IMG/VR virus record: IMGVR_UViG_3300021255_004427
Location: 128,001 to 192,000 of that record
DNA from: a virus
Lineage: Duplodnaviria > Caudoviricetes
Strand: one strand, 5' to 3'
Length of the DNA stretch: 64,000 bases
Of the stretch, positions 37,120-45,458 are shown one piece after another (the stretch's first letter is position 1; each line of letters begins with the position of its first letter). Under the pieces are notes generated by a model. That model had not been told where the DNA came from. It ran no database searches and saw only the letters and a list, made by a program, of their open reading frames with translations. The position numbers and the translations under genes are program-made.

Positions 37120-38631
37120 ATGTCTCTTACGAATCTTGCACAAATTAAGGGTGGTCTTCAGCTCCAGGCTGACGTACAGGCGCTTCTGAAGTCCTACGAT
37201 GCTGCCAAGGTTTTGACGCAGATTGCTAAGGCTGTAGATGAAGGCGAAGAAGCCTCCAACTACAATGCCGAGGAACTGCTGGCAGAACTCAAGGCTAAGG
37301 TAGACGCCATCGCCGGCGAAGGCACTGAAGGCGAAGGTGTATCCCTGGCATCCCTGGCTGCCGCTATCGATGCTCTTAAGGACAAGAAGCTCAAGGATAT
37401 GGTCCGCGTTGAGTTCGGTATCGCATCCGGCGTAGCTACTCTTCCGGCTGATTTCGACGCTAAGGTTCCCGCTTGCGACAAGACGAAGGCTCTGCCGGTT
37501 TACACGGCTGACAACGAAGTCGTATTCAACGAGAACGGCGAACAGCTGACCATCGTTCCGGAAACGGGCGTACTGAACGGCGTTCCTTCCGTAGTAGACG
37601 CTGAAGCATCTGCTAAGGCTGAAGACGGCAAAGTTGTCTACAAGGCAATGGGCGACTTCACGGGTAAGATTTTCCCTGTGGGCGAATGGAAGCTGGCCGA
37701 CCTGCCGACCGAAGCTCTTCTCGACAACAACGAGATGCAGCTCGTTGCTTACAAGACGGCTCTCGATAAGCTGGTAGTTGACCTGACCCGCGATGAAGAC
37801 CTCATCAACCAGGTTAAGGAACTGGTAGGCGAAAAGGCTGTTAAGGATCAGCTCGATGCTGCTCTGGAAGCCGTTAACGAAGCTATCGCCGGCAAGGCTG
37901 AAAAGGCCGCTCTGGACGAAGTAGACGAAACAGTTAAGGCTATCGATGAACGCGTTAAGGCCATCGAAGACGTACAGGAAGAGATGGTTTCCGATAAGGT
38001 TGCCGTTTCCGGCCCCGTTACCGAATTCGCCCTGTCCAAGAAGCCGAACGCTAAGCTGGTCGAAATGGTTATCAACCACCTCGTATACCGCGAAGGCGAA
38101 GACTTTACGGTTGACCGCGAAGCTCAGAAGGCAGTCTGGACACTGACGGCTGCTAATGATGGCTTCGATATCGATGCTGACCTGACGGACGCTGTTCGTA
38201 TCAACTATTTTTTTAAGGCCGCCGGTGAGGCCGTAACACCTGCACCGGCTCCTGCGGAAAACCCGACGGATGCTCCTGCTGGCGAAGGCTGGGAGGCAGT
38301 TGTAAACGTTCCTAAGGCTGCAACGACCCTCGACCTCCAGAAGGTTTTGACGGCTGAACAGCTCGCGGATATTACTGACGAAAACGCTGCCGGCCCGGAA
38401 TCTGATGGCGTAGGCCGTAAGATTCGTTGCTATGTAAACGGTGTAGAACTCAAATGGGACTACGAAAACACTGGCGATGAAGAAGTAGAGGCTGCTCTCG
38501 TAGCTTCTGGCCTGACCAAGGGTAAGGAATTCGTATTCGGTACTTACGAACTGGATAGCTCGAAGATCCTGAACTTCAGCTGCGGTTGGAGCGAAACCGG
38601 CTGCGACGTAAAAATCGTTTACCAGCCGTAA
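37120..38631 (+). CDS. Abundant virion fibre/decoration-like protein
   Basis: Paralog of 34185 with an internal insertion and an extra C-terminal domain after a PAPAP linker. Strong codon bias. Confidence 0.8.
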   Translation: MSLTNLAQIKGGLQLQADVQALLKSYDAAKVLTQIAKAVDEGEEASNYNAEELLAELKAKVDAIAGEGTEGEGVSLASLAAAIDALKDKKLKDMVRVEFGIASGVATLPADFDAKVPACDKTKALPVYTADNEVVFNENGEQLTIVPETGVLNGVPSVVDAEASAKAEDGKVVYKAMGDFTGKIFPVGEWKLADLPTEALLDNNEMQLVAYKTALDKLVVDLTRDEDLINQVKELVGEKAVKDQLDAALEAVNEAIAGKAEKAALDEVDETVKAIDERVKAIEDVQEEMVSDKVAVSGPVTEFALSKKPNAKLVEMVINHLVYREGEDFTVDREAQKAVWTLTAANDGFDIDADLTDAVRINYFFKAAGEAVTPAPAPAENPTDAPAGEGWEAVVNVPKAATTLDLQKVLTAEQLADITDENAAGPESDGVGRKIRCYVNGVELKWDYENTGDEEVEAALVASGLTKGKEFVFGTYELDSSKILNFSCGWSETGCDVKIVYQP

Positions 38632-38646
38632 AACTAAATGCAGGTT

Positions 38647-38679
38647 AATAGAGTGCCCTGCCATGGGGCGCTCTATTTT
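38647..38679 (+). terminator. Intrinsic terminator
   Basis: aatagagtgccc...gggcgctctatt followed by a T-run. Confidence 0.8.
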
Positions 38680-38705
38680 ATCTTCTTTTTAGTAAAGGAG
38701 TAAAA

Positions 38706-39242
38706 ATGGCATACGATAAAACAAATGATTTGTTTCCAATTCAGAATGATGTTTTGACGACACTTCTGACAAATAATACGAAAATCTCCAAGTTAAATGG
38801 CCTAAAAACTGATGGCAAATCCATTGTTAAAGCGATTAACGAATTGTTGGGTAAGTTAAATACCGCCCTCAGCCAGGTAACTACAGCCAGTCAGGAAGCT
38901 AATGAGGCAAAGGACGGCGTGGCTGGGGTTAAAACGGAAGTTCAGACAATGGTTACTGAAATCGTAACCCAGAAGATGACCGAAATTGTCTCTGGTGGCA
39001 TTCAGAACGATGAATTTACTTGCGAGGACAATCAGACGGTATTTAAATTATCCAAGGCACCTATCGATAAAGACAATATCTTGTTCTATATTAATGGGGT
39101 AAAGTACAGGAAAGTTGATTGTCGTTATGACGAATCGACAAATACTGTTGAGTGGGTTAATACGGACATTGATGAAAATCATCCGCATCCGTTCTACTTA
39201 AAAAACACAGATGTCGTGTCAGCCGTATATATGAGTAAGTAA
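38706..39242 (+). CDS. Fibre-associated structural protein
   Basis: LKTDGKSIVKAINEL fibre motif. C-terminal FKLS..P.....FYINGV domain resembles 34185 and 37120. Confidence 0.7.
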   Translation: MAYDKTNDLFPIQNDVLTTLLTNNTKISKLNGLKTDGKSIVKAINELLGKLNTALSQVTTASQEANEAKDGVAGVKTEVQTMVTEIVTQKMTEIVSGGIQNDEFTCEDNQTVFKLSKAPIDKDNILFYINGVKYRKVDCRYDESTNTVEWVNTDIDENHPHPFYLKNTDVVSAVYMSK

Positions 39243-39259
39243 TTGGAGGTTTTTACAAT

Positions 39260-40834
39260 ATGCTTTTAGATGCTAAGCAAATGGATCCTAAATTTGAGCT
39301 TTGGTATAAAGAGTTCATGAGAACTCGTTTTCCTGAAATCGTTGATTATGAGTTGGTCTTTAACGATAATGGATATGTGGCGGAACAGGACGAAAAAGGC
39401 CGCTACGTTGTAAATATGGATAAGGGTGTTAATCTATCGATAGATAAACTCCCACAAAAAGTTAACGCATTCTATAAGAACAAGGCTGCCGGAGAACTGA
39501 ATATCCATTGGGATGCAGCTGTTCGCAACTATAACCCAAACAAGAGTGGCGAGCAGGTTTTGCGCGCAGGCCTCGAAGTGGGCGTATATAATCCCATGAA
39601 CTTGACTCCGGAACTGGTTATGCTTATTGCCCGTAGCGAAAAGATTTCCTTGCAAAACTGGTGGAAGAATAGCGCCAAAGTTAAGGAAGTAAGCTATCTT
39701 AATGGCACGAAGGCAGAAGACTTCGCTGTTTTGGAAGATTACTATATCACCGATATGACCCACGCTTTTGCTGGTGCAAGTGAAGTAGAAAGCCTTCCTG
39801 AACTGGCTACCGAGAAAGATAATTCTCTTACCAGCCTGGCTTACGCCTTCGATGGCTGCGCAAAGCTGAAGGCTGTTCCGTCTATCGCAACCGTCGGCGT
39901 AACCGATATTGAAGGCGCATTCCGTGGATGCGAATCCCTGACGGATCTAAGCGGTATGGATTTGAGCAATAGCTATATGATTGCTCACGCATTCAGTGGC
40001 TGTAAAAACCTGAAGAAGCTCCCGAATCTATCTGGTTTAGCTACGGCAACTCCGAGCAGCTTTGTCGACGCATTCCGTGGTTGCTCCAGCCTTCCTGCAG
40101 TGTTCCCTTATACGATTAACGTATCCAGCGTAACAAACCGCAATAACTTTGGCGGCATGTTTGAGGGCAGTTCCGTCAAGGAAATCACTGTTCGTTACGA
40201 CGGTGAAACTATTCCTGAATACATTTGCCCGCTCTTTATGGGTAACGCATTGGAAAAAATCACCATCGTGAATGCTCAGGGCGAAGTTCGTGAAGTCCGT
40301 ACCCAGGCAAATAACCCGTCTATGATTTCTTACTTAGCTGCAGGAGACAGCAAACTGATTGTTCCGGCAGGCGTTTCTTCCATGAAGGTTGCTCTGGTAT
40401 CTGGCGTAAGCTATAGTTATAGCACAGTAGATATCAAACACATCGCCGTTAAAAATAATCCGTCCTCGATTAAGCGCGGCGAAGAAGAAGTAATCACTTC
40501 AAACAAGGCAGCTGGAGAACGCGGTCATTACTTCGACTACATGGGTAGCCAGGAACAGCATGGTGGTTTCCCGGCCATGTTTGATGCTCAATACGAAGAC
40601 TATAGCAATGGCCAGGTTTATTGCTGCGGCGTAGGCGGCGGCAAACAGCTCACCAAGTATTGCCATGCTTGGGGCGCATTGGAAAACAGCTTCGTACAGG
40701 ATACGGTAGCAGTTACTCCGGGTGAAGAACTGACGATTAGCGTCGGCAATGGTAGTGCTTCTGGTGACTGCACGTTCAATAAGAAACCGGGCAATGGCTT
40801 GTATAATGGCTACGTTTTAGTAGAGTTCCAGTAA
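39260..40834 (+). CDS. Virion protein with BspA/DUF285-like repeats and a Gly-rich C-terminal domain
   Basis: AFxGCxxLxxLP repeats, LIVPAGVSSMKVALV and VTPGEELTISVGNG...NGYVLVEF. Confidence 0.8.
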   Translation: MLLDAKQMDPKFELWYKEFMRTRFPEIVDYELVFNDNGYVAEQDEKGRYVVNMDKGVNLSIDKLPQKVNAFYKNKAAGELNIHWDAAVRNYNPNKSGEQVLRAGLEVGVYNPMNLTPELVMLIARSEKISLQNWWKNSAKVKEVSYLNGTKAEDFAVLEDYYITDMTHAFAGASEVESLPELATEKDNSLTSLAYAFDGCAKLKAVPSIATVGVTDIEGAFRGCESLTDLSGMDLSNSYMIAHAFSGCKNLKKLPNLSGLATATPSSFVDAFRGCSSLPAVFPYTINVSSVTNRNNFGGMFEGSSVKEITVRYDGETIPEYICPLFMGNALEKITIVNAQGEVREVRTQANNPSMISYLAAGDSKLIVPAGVSSMKVALVSGVSYSYSTVDIKHIAVKNNPSSIKRGEEEVITSNKAAGERGHYFDYMGSQEQHGGFPAMFDAQYEDYSNGQVYCCGVGGGKQLTKYCHAWGALENSFVQDTVAVTPGEELTISVGNGSASGDCTFNKKPGNGLYNGYVLVEFQ

Positions 40835-40857
40835 GCACTTGCGAAAATAGTACATTT

Positions 40858-40886
40858 TTGCATAAACATCCTTTTTATGGTATACT
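40858..40886 (+). promoter_or_regulatory. SigA promoter inside the late region
   Basis: TTGCAT-17 bp-TATACT with the TG extension. Confidence 0.75.
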
Positions 40887-40920
40887 ATTTCGGTATATTT
40901 ACAGAGAGGATGTTTTTGTT

Positions 40921-41142
40921 TTGGCAAAGAAGATCAACTATGACGAAAAAATTGCGACATTGGAGCAGAAAATCGAAAAGAAGGCTGCTCAAATTTCTGC
41001 CCTAAAAAACGAGCTCAAAAAGTTGGAAGCAGAAAGCCGCAAGGAAAAATATGAAAGCATTATCGAATTTATCGATAACAAAAAGTTGCCGCTGGATCAA
41101 GTCATGACAGCTCTTGAGATGGTAGCGGAAGATAACAAATAA
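40921..41142 (+). CDS. Small coiled-coil protein in its own transcription unit
   Basis: GAGAGGA RBS and TTG start at 40921 (MAKKINYDEKI...). Own promoter, and terminator at about 41151-41195. Confidence 0.75.
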   Translation: MAKKINYDEKIATLEQKIEKKAAQISALKNELKKLEAESRKEKYESIIEFIDNKKLPLDQVMTALEMVAEDNK

Positions 41143-41211
41143 CTGTATAGAAGAAGTCTGTGATTGGTTTTATCCTTTCGCGGGCTTCTTTTTTATTAAT
41201 TGCCGCTTTTC

Positions 41212-41247
41212 TAACTGTGGGTAAACAGTAAGACAATAGCACAGTTA
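41212..41247 (+). repeat. 36-bp site A (inverted partner of site B at 50808)
   Basis: taactgtgggtaaacagtaagacaatagcacagtta, 32/36 identical to the reverse complement of 50808-50843. Confidence 0.85.
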
Positions 41248-41361
41248 CGATTCGAGACCGTAAAGTCAAATGCTCAACACAAAATAGCGTATCCACTTCA
41301 AGGTAATGTAACCAACGAAGAGCGGAATAGGCCGCTCTGGTATTAAGAAAGGCGGTTTTTA

Positions 41362-41976
41362 ATGTCTCACGTAGTAAGTAAATATGAACTGCAGCATGTA
41401 ACCGTGGATGAGCTCCGTCAGATGGCATCTGATTACCGGGAAAGCATCTGGGCACAGGCACAGTCTGCCGGCCATGAACCGAAGATCTACCTCCACTGGA
41501 CGGCTGGCCACTTTGGTCAGTTTTGGGATGATTATCATGTCCAGATAGATGAAGATGGTGAAATCTATGTCTATGGTGCTCTGGATGATGTTTTGGCCCA
41601 TACTTGGCGCCGTAATACCGGTGCTATCGGTGTAACGCTCTTGTGTGGTTACCAGGCCAATACTTCCGACCTTGGTCCAGAAGCTCCGACCGAAGCACAG
41701 ATTGAATCCATGGCTCGTGCCGTAGAAGCATTGGCTGATGGCCTGTGGCTGACTATCAGCAAAGAATTCGTCGCTACCCATGGCGAGGCAGCAGACAACG
41801 AATGCAATGACTGGTGTCATGAAGAGTATGGCCCGAAGTCAACCTGTGAACGCTGGGATTTGGAATACCTGCAGACAGATGAAAGCCCGAAATTCAATCC
41901 CTGGGCAGAAGATGGTTCCCGCGGCGGCGACGTAATCCGTGGTAAGGCTAACTGGTATCGCAATCAGCGCGGTTAA
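41362..41976 (+). CDS. N-acetylmuramoyl-L-alanine amidase (Amidase_2-like endolysin)
   Basis: IYLHWTAG, YH..ID.DG.I, AHTWRRNTGAIG, PT.AQI and THGE motifs. Confidence 0.88.
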   Translation: MSHVVSKYELQHVTVDELRQMASDYRESIWAQAQSAGHEPKIYLHWTAGHFGQFWDDYHVQIDEDGEIYVYGALDDVLAHTWRRNTGAIGVTLLCGYQANTSDLGPEAPTEAQIESMARAVEALADGLWLTISKEFVATHGEAADNECNDWCHEEYGPKSTCERWDLEYLQTDESPKFNPWAEDGSRGGDVIRGKANWYRNQRG

Positions 41977-41990
41977 GAGAGGTAAACAAT

Positions 41991-42593
41991 ATGTCAGTAT
42001 TTGACCTTTCCCATTGGCAACCGGCAAACCGTATCGAAGAGCTGGTCGAAGGCGGAAATTGCGACGGCGTTATCCTGAAGCTTGGGGAACGCAATGTAAA
42101 AACCGGTGAAATTGAACTTGATCCGATGTTTATCACTCATGTAAACGAGGCGGTCCGTTTTGGCCTGCCCTATGGTATCTATATCATGGGCCGTGCAAAT
42201 AATGAAAATGAAGCTTTGGAAGAAGCTCAATGGGTAAACGATCGTGTAGCTGAACTCCTGAACGGACAGGAACCTGCACTGGGCACATGGTTTGACCTGG
42301 AACGGCCAGAAGTAAAACGGGATGGCGTTTATGAAGATTATCGTTTTGCAATTCTCCACTTAAGTGATTGGTGGGGTGGCAGCCATAAAATCGGTATCTA
42401 CGCATCCTACTTATACTTTGAGGGCTATCTGGATATCGGTAATATGGCGGCAAACAGCATCCCCGTCTGGAATGCCCAGTATGGTTTTGTAGATTCCATG
42501 CGCCAAAACTATCCATATATCAAAACAGTCTTGTGGCAGTTTACGAAAAACGACGATTATCAGGATGAGAATGTGTGGTACGGCTGGTATTAA
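41991..42593 (+). CDS. GH25 muramidase endolysin
   Basis: FDLSHWQ, VILKLG, YGIY, WFDLE (DxE), GIYAS, VWNAQY and LWQFT. Confidence 0.9.
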   Translation: MSVFDLSHWQPANRIEELVEGGNCDGVILKLGERNVKTGEIELDPMFITHVNEAVRFGLPYGIYIMGRANNENEALEEAQWVNDRVAELLNGQEPALGTWFDLERPEVKRDGVYEDYRFAILHLSDWWGGSHKIGIYASYLYFEGYLDIGNMAANSIPVWNAQYGFVDSMRQNYPYIKTVLWQFTKNDDYQDENVWYGWY

Positions 42594-42660
42594 GCCGCCC
42601 GCAAAATAATATAAGTGCCCCTAAGTGGGCGCTTATTTTGTAAAGAAAGGAAAAACAAGT

Positions 42661-43218
42661 ATGGATTTTCTAAAGAAACACAGTAAGACTATCATGGCCA
42701 TAATCATTGTAGTATTAATAGCTGCGCTCATAAGGTTAACTTTTTTTAAAAAAATACCCGAGCCGGAAATAGTAACCGTACCCGAGGTATCCCAAAAAAA
42801 TCTCCAACAGTATTTCCCTATGGAGACAAAAGCTACTGTGAAAGATATGACGCACCAAATCCAGCGTGCAAAAGAAACTCAGACTCCGCAATACCGCTAT
42901 TATACCGCGACACAGCAAGAGGCGGATAATAAGGCCAAAGAGTATGGTAATGTGCAGAAGGCAGACAAAATCGTAAAAGAGACACATAAAGTTGAAGTCA
43001 AGGATGATAACGGCAATAAGACCCATGTTATCGAAAATGACTACTATGCGATTAATCTCGAACGAAAACACCGCATTAAAACCGGCGCGGCAATGATTGA
43101 TCATGACGCTTATGTTACGGTCGGATATCAAAACCGGAATGTGGAATACAAGGCCTACTACGCACCTACAGCCAATAAGGCGGGAGTTGGTGTAGAGGTT
43201 ACAATTGCAAAATGGTGA
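42661..43218 (+). CDS. Lysis-cassette envelope protein, spanin candidate
   Basis: N-terminal TM helix, polar stalk and four C-terminal amphipathic strands ending in Trp. Confidence 0.55.
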   Translation: MDFLKKHSKTIMAIIIVVLIAALIRLTFFKKIPEPEIVTVPEVSQKNLQQYFPMETKATVKDMTHQIQRAKETQTPQYRYYTATQQEADNKAKEYGNVQKADKIVKETHKVEVKDDNGNKTHVIENDYYAINLERKHRIKTGAAMIDHDAYVTVGYQNRNVEYKAYYAPTANKAGVGVEVTIAKW

Positions 43219-43230
43219 GGAAAGAATACT

Positions 43231-43794
43231 ATGCTTAGAAGAATACCAGGATTAAGTAAAATGTTTAACGGCGGGACGCGTACAGTGGGTGATATGCCAA
43301 ACCTTTTCCAGTTTCCGGAGTATGCGCCAGGAGACGCATTAAAACAGTATAAAGGTGGCGGCTCGTATCTGTTTAACGCTAAACTGAGGGAAGGGATTCC
43401 TCTCGACGCACAGGACAAGGCACTACAAAGAGGCTTAGATCGTGACCTGAACGCTCTACCAGACTATCAGGAGCCGACATTCAGGTCGTATGATTTCCTT
43501 GATCAGGAAAGTTTAAGCGAATTTTTAGAGCAGCATAAACCCGGCCATATGGTGCAGTATCCTGCTTACACATCATCCGCCAAAAGTCCTAATGCATACT
43601 ACGCTCCGAACGGAACGGGCATGCAGGCACTGATGAAAATTAATGGCAAACATGGAAAAGACTTAGCACACGTAGAATCCGCCTCAAACAATGAGCAGGA
43701 AGTGCTGTTTGGACGAAAATCTATGTTCAGGGTTAATAATATTGGGTATTCCCCTGAGATGAAGACTTATTTTGGCGAAATGGACGAAATATAA
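43231..43794 (+). CDS. Stand-alone ADP-ribosyltransferase (VIP2/Alt-like, R-S-E clade)
   Basis: Y...SY..N..LR, TFRS (Arg), YPAYTSSA (STS-like) and NEQEVLF.R...FRV (ExE). Confidence 0.88.
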   Translation: MLRRIPGLSKMFNGGTRTVGDMPNLFQFPEYAPGDALKQYKGGGSYLFNAKLREGIPLDAQDKALQRGLDRDLNALPDYQEPTFRSYDFLDQESLSEFLEQHKPGHMVQYPAYTSSAKSPNAYYAPNGTGMQALMKINGKHGKDLAHVESASNNEQEVLFGRKSMFRVNNIGYSPEMKTYFGEMDEI

Positions 43795-44780
43795 TCCGCC
43801 ACCAAACTTTTATACTTGTCAAGAACAGAGCATGATATATGGCTAGGTATCTCGTATTGTGCTCCAAATATATTACCCGCAATGGAGGCAACGGTATCGC
43901 TGTCTCCATTTATATTTGCGGCGCGATTTATACAAGTATATATCCTATCGCCTGAGAGTATATGATAGAGAGCGAGGCCCAAAGCATTTGGTCCAATCCA
44001 GGCATCTCCAAAAGCGCCATAAAAAGTACGAAACGCAGATGTGCCTTTAGTATCGGCACACGTTATGGCGTTGTATACGTAGTTATACGTTTCATTGAGG
44101 GGAAGCGTCATAAGTTCTCCAATACGTTCAAGATAGGACTTGTAAAATTCCAGGGCTGATAACAGAGCCGTTTTTACATCCATGTTATCACGAAGCAAGA
44201 AAAAGATAATTAGCGAAAATACGCCCGCGCTGCGCCATGCTTCTTTATGACCATGCGTAATTGCCGCGCACCGCATGGATAACTCAAAAACATATTCCGG
44301 CGGCTCGTTAATCAGAAAGCCGAACGGGGCAGAGCGCATAACGGTGCCATTCCCCAGACTTTCGTTATACTGCTTATTAAGTGTCCCCATGCAACCGGAG
44401 CGCAGAGAGTCAATACAGGCATGGCCAGGAGCCCGCATAACATATAAATCATCTATTTTCCATAGCTCGCCTACGTGGGCTATTTTTTCGTCTATGGCTC
44501 CGGGGCCATACTGCGTATTAAACCAACGGAGATATGATTCGTACATAATTTGCACACGCTCATCCATCGATTTACCCTGACTGAGTGCTAACCCCTCAAG
44601 CGTAAACAATGTCATCTGGGTATCATCTGTGATGGCATCTCCTGGATTTAGCTCCTGCTTACCCTGCTCGCCATATTGCGATCTGATTTCGTCCAGGGAC
44701 ATCATTTCTAGGTCAGAACCAAAGGCATCTCCATAGGCCCCGTATAAAATACATCGATACATTCTATCCTGTTTAGTCAC
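43767..44780 (-). CDS. ADP-ribosylglycohydrolase (DraG/ARH/Tri1 family)
   Basis: GDAFG..LE, ITDDTQMT, GNGTVMRSAP, ITHGH and NGDSDTVASIAG.I.GA. Confidence 0.95.
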   Translation of the reverse strand: MTKQDRMYRCILYGAYGDAFGSDLEMMSLDEIRSQYGEQGKQELNPGDAITDDTQMTLFTLEGLALSQGKSMDERVQIMYESYLRWFNTQYGPGAIDEKIAHVGELWKIDDLYVMRAPGHACIDSLRSGCMGTLNKQYNESLGNGTVMRSAPFGFLINEPPEYVFELSMRCAAITHGHKEAWRSAGVFSLIIFFLLRDNMDVKTALLSALEFYKSYLERIGELMTLPLNETYNYVYNAITCADTKGTSAFRTFYGAFGDAWIGPNALGLALYHILSGDRIYTCINRAANINGDSDTVASIAGNIFGAQYEIPSHISCSVLDKYKSLVADYISSISPK

Positions 44781-44825
44781 CTTACCACCGCCCTTCTAAG
44801 CTACACGCTTGCCTGATTTAAAATA

Positions 44826-44834
44826 ATTATATCA
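44826..44834 (-). promoter_or_regulatory. Extended -10 SigA promoter for the ARH gene
   Basis: Minus strand reads TGaTATAAT about 46 nt upstream of the GTG, just downstream of a terminator hairpin (about 44846-44879). Confidence 0.6.
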
Positions 44835-44899
44835 CGCTGAAAGAGAAAACAAAAGCACCGGGGCTTTGCCCCGGCGCTTCCGTATTGTGAGTATGTGGT

Positions 44900-45145
44900 T
44901 CAGATGTAGACATCCTGTCTGTAAAGATCCTCTTGTCCAAATGGGTCGGCAATGCCATTTTCTTCCAATTGTTCCAGGCGGCACATATTCTTGTAGCGCA
45001 AATCCTGGTTCTCTAAGAGCAGCTGTGTTATATCCTCCCGTTCCCTGAGAGTCAGGTAACGGAATGTGTCAGCCACGAGCAAGCGAATATCTTCTGTTGA
45101 CAACTGTGTAATTAGGTCCATAATCTTCTCTCTGGAGTCCTGCAC
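44900..45145 (-). CDS. Small hypothetical protein divergent from the repressor
   Basis: GGAGGGA RBS and GTG at 45145, 81 aa. Confidence 0.65.
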   Translation of the reverse strand: MQDSREKIMDLITQLSTEDIRLLVADTFRYLTLREREDITQLLLENQDLRYKNMCRLEQLEENGIADPFGQEDLYRQDVYI

Positions 45146-45337
45146 AAAAATCCCTCCGTTTGTGCGCATGGCGCGGGTTAGCGCTATTGCGTAATCGAAT
45201 TTAGCAACTCGGCGAAGGCTATATATGTGAAATCGGATTACACATATATGGTAGCACGTCTGCGCCAAAAAATCAATGTGTAACTTGCGGAAAACGATTA
45301 AACAAACAAAACTGTCACCCCTTTTTCGATAATAAGC

Positions 45338-45444
45338 TTGCAGTGTGCGCCACCGTATGCTAAAATGAAATCAACTTCAAAATAACATGCGAATATGCAA
45401 CAGCTTGCATAACTGATTGTAACTTGTTGCATGAGATTTGTCAA
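45338..45444. promoter_or_regulatory. Face-to-face SigA promoters with two palindromic operators
   Basis: + strand TTGCAG(45338)-17-TAAAAT(45361). - strand TTGACA(45444)-17-TACAAT(45421-45416). Operators atgcaa-cagc-ttgcat (45395) and ttgtaa-cttg-ttgcat (45417). Confidence 0.75.
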
Positions 45445-45458
45445 TAGGGGGTGAAACC

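Noticed and set aside
37099-38664. 521-aa antisense ORF (also 34674..35237 and 56487..57809)
   Set aside because: These are shadows of strongly codon-biased genes on the other strand, with no RBS or motifs.
41200-41290. tRNA-like sequence (contains TTCGAG)
   Set aside because: No cloverleaf or acceptor stem could be built. The region is explained by site A and a short hairpin.
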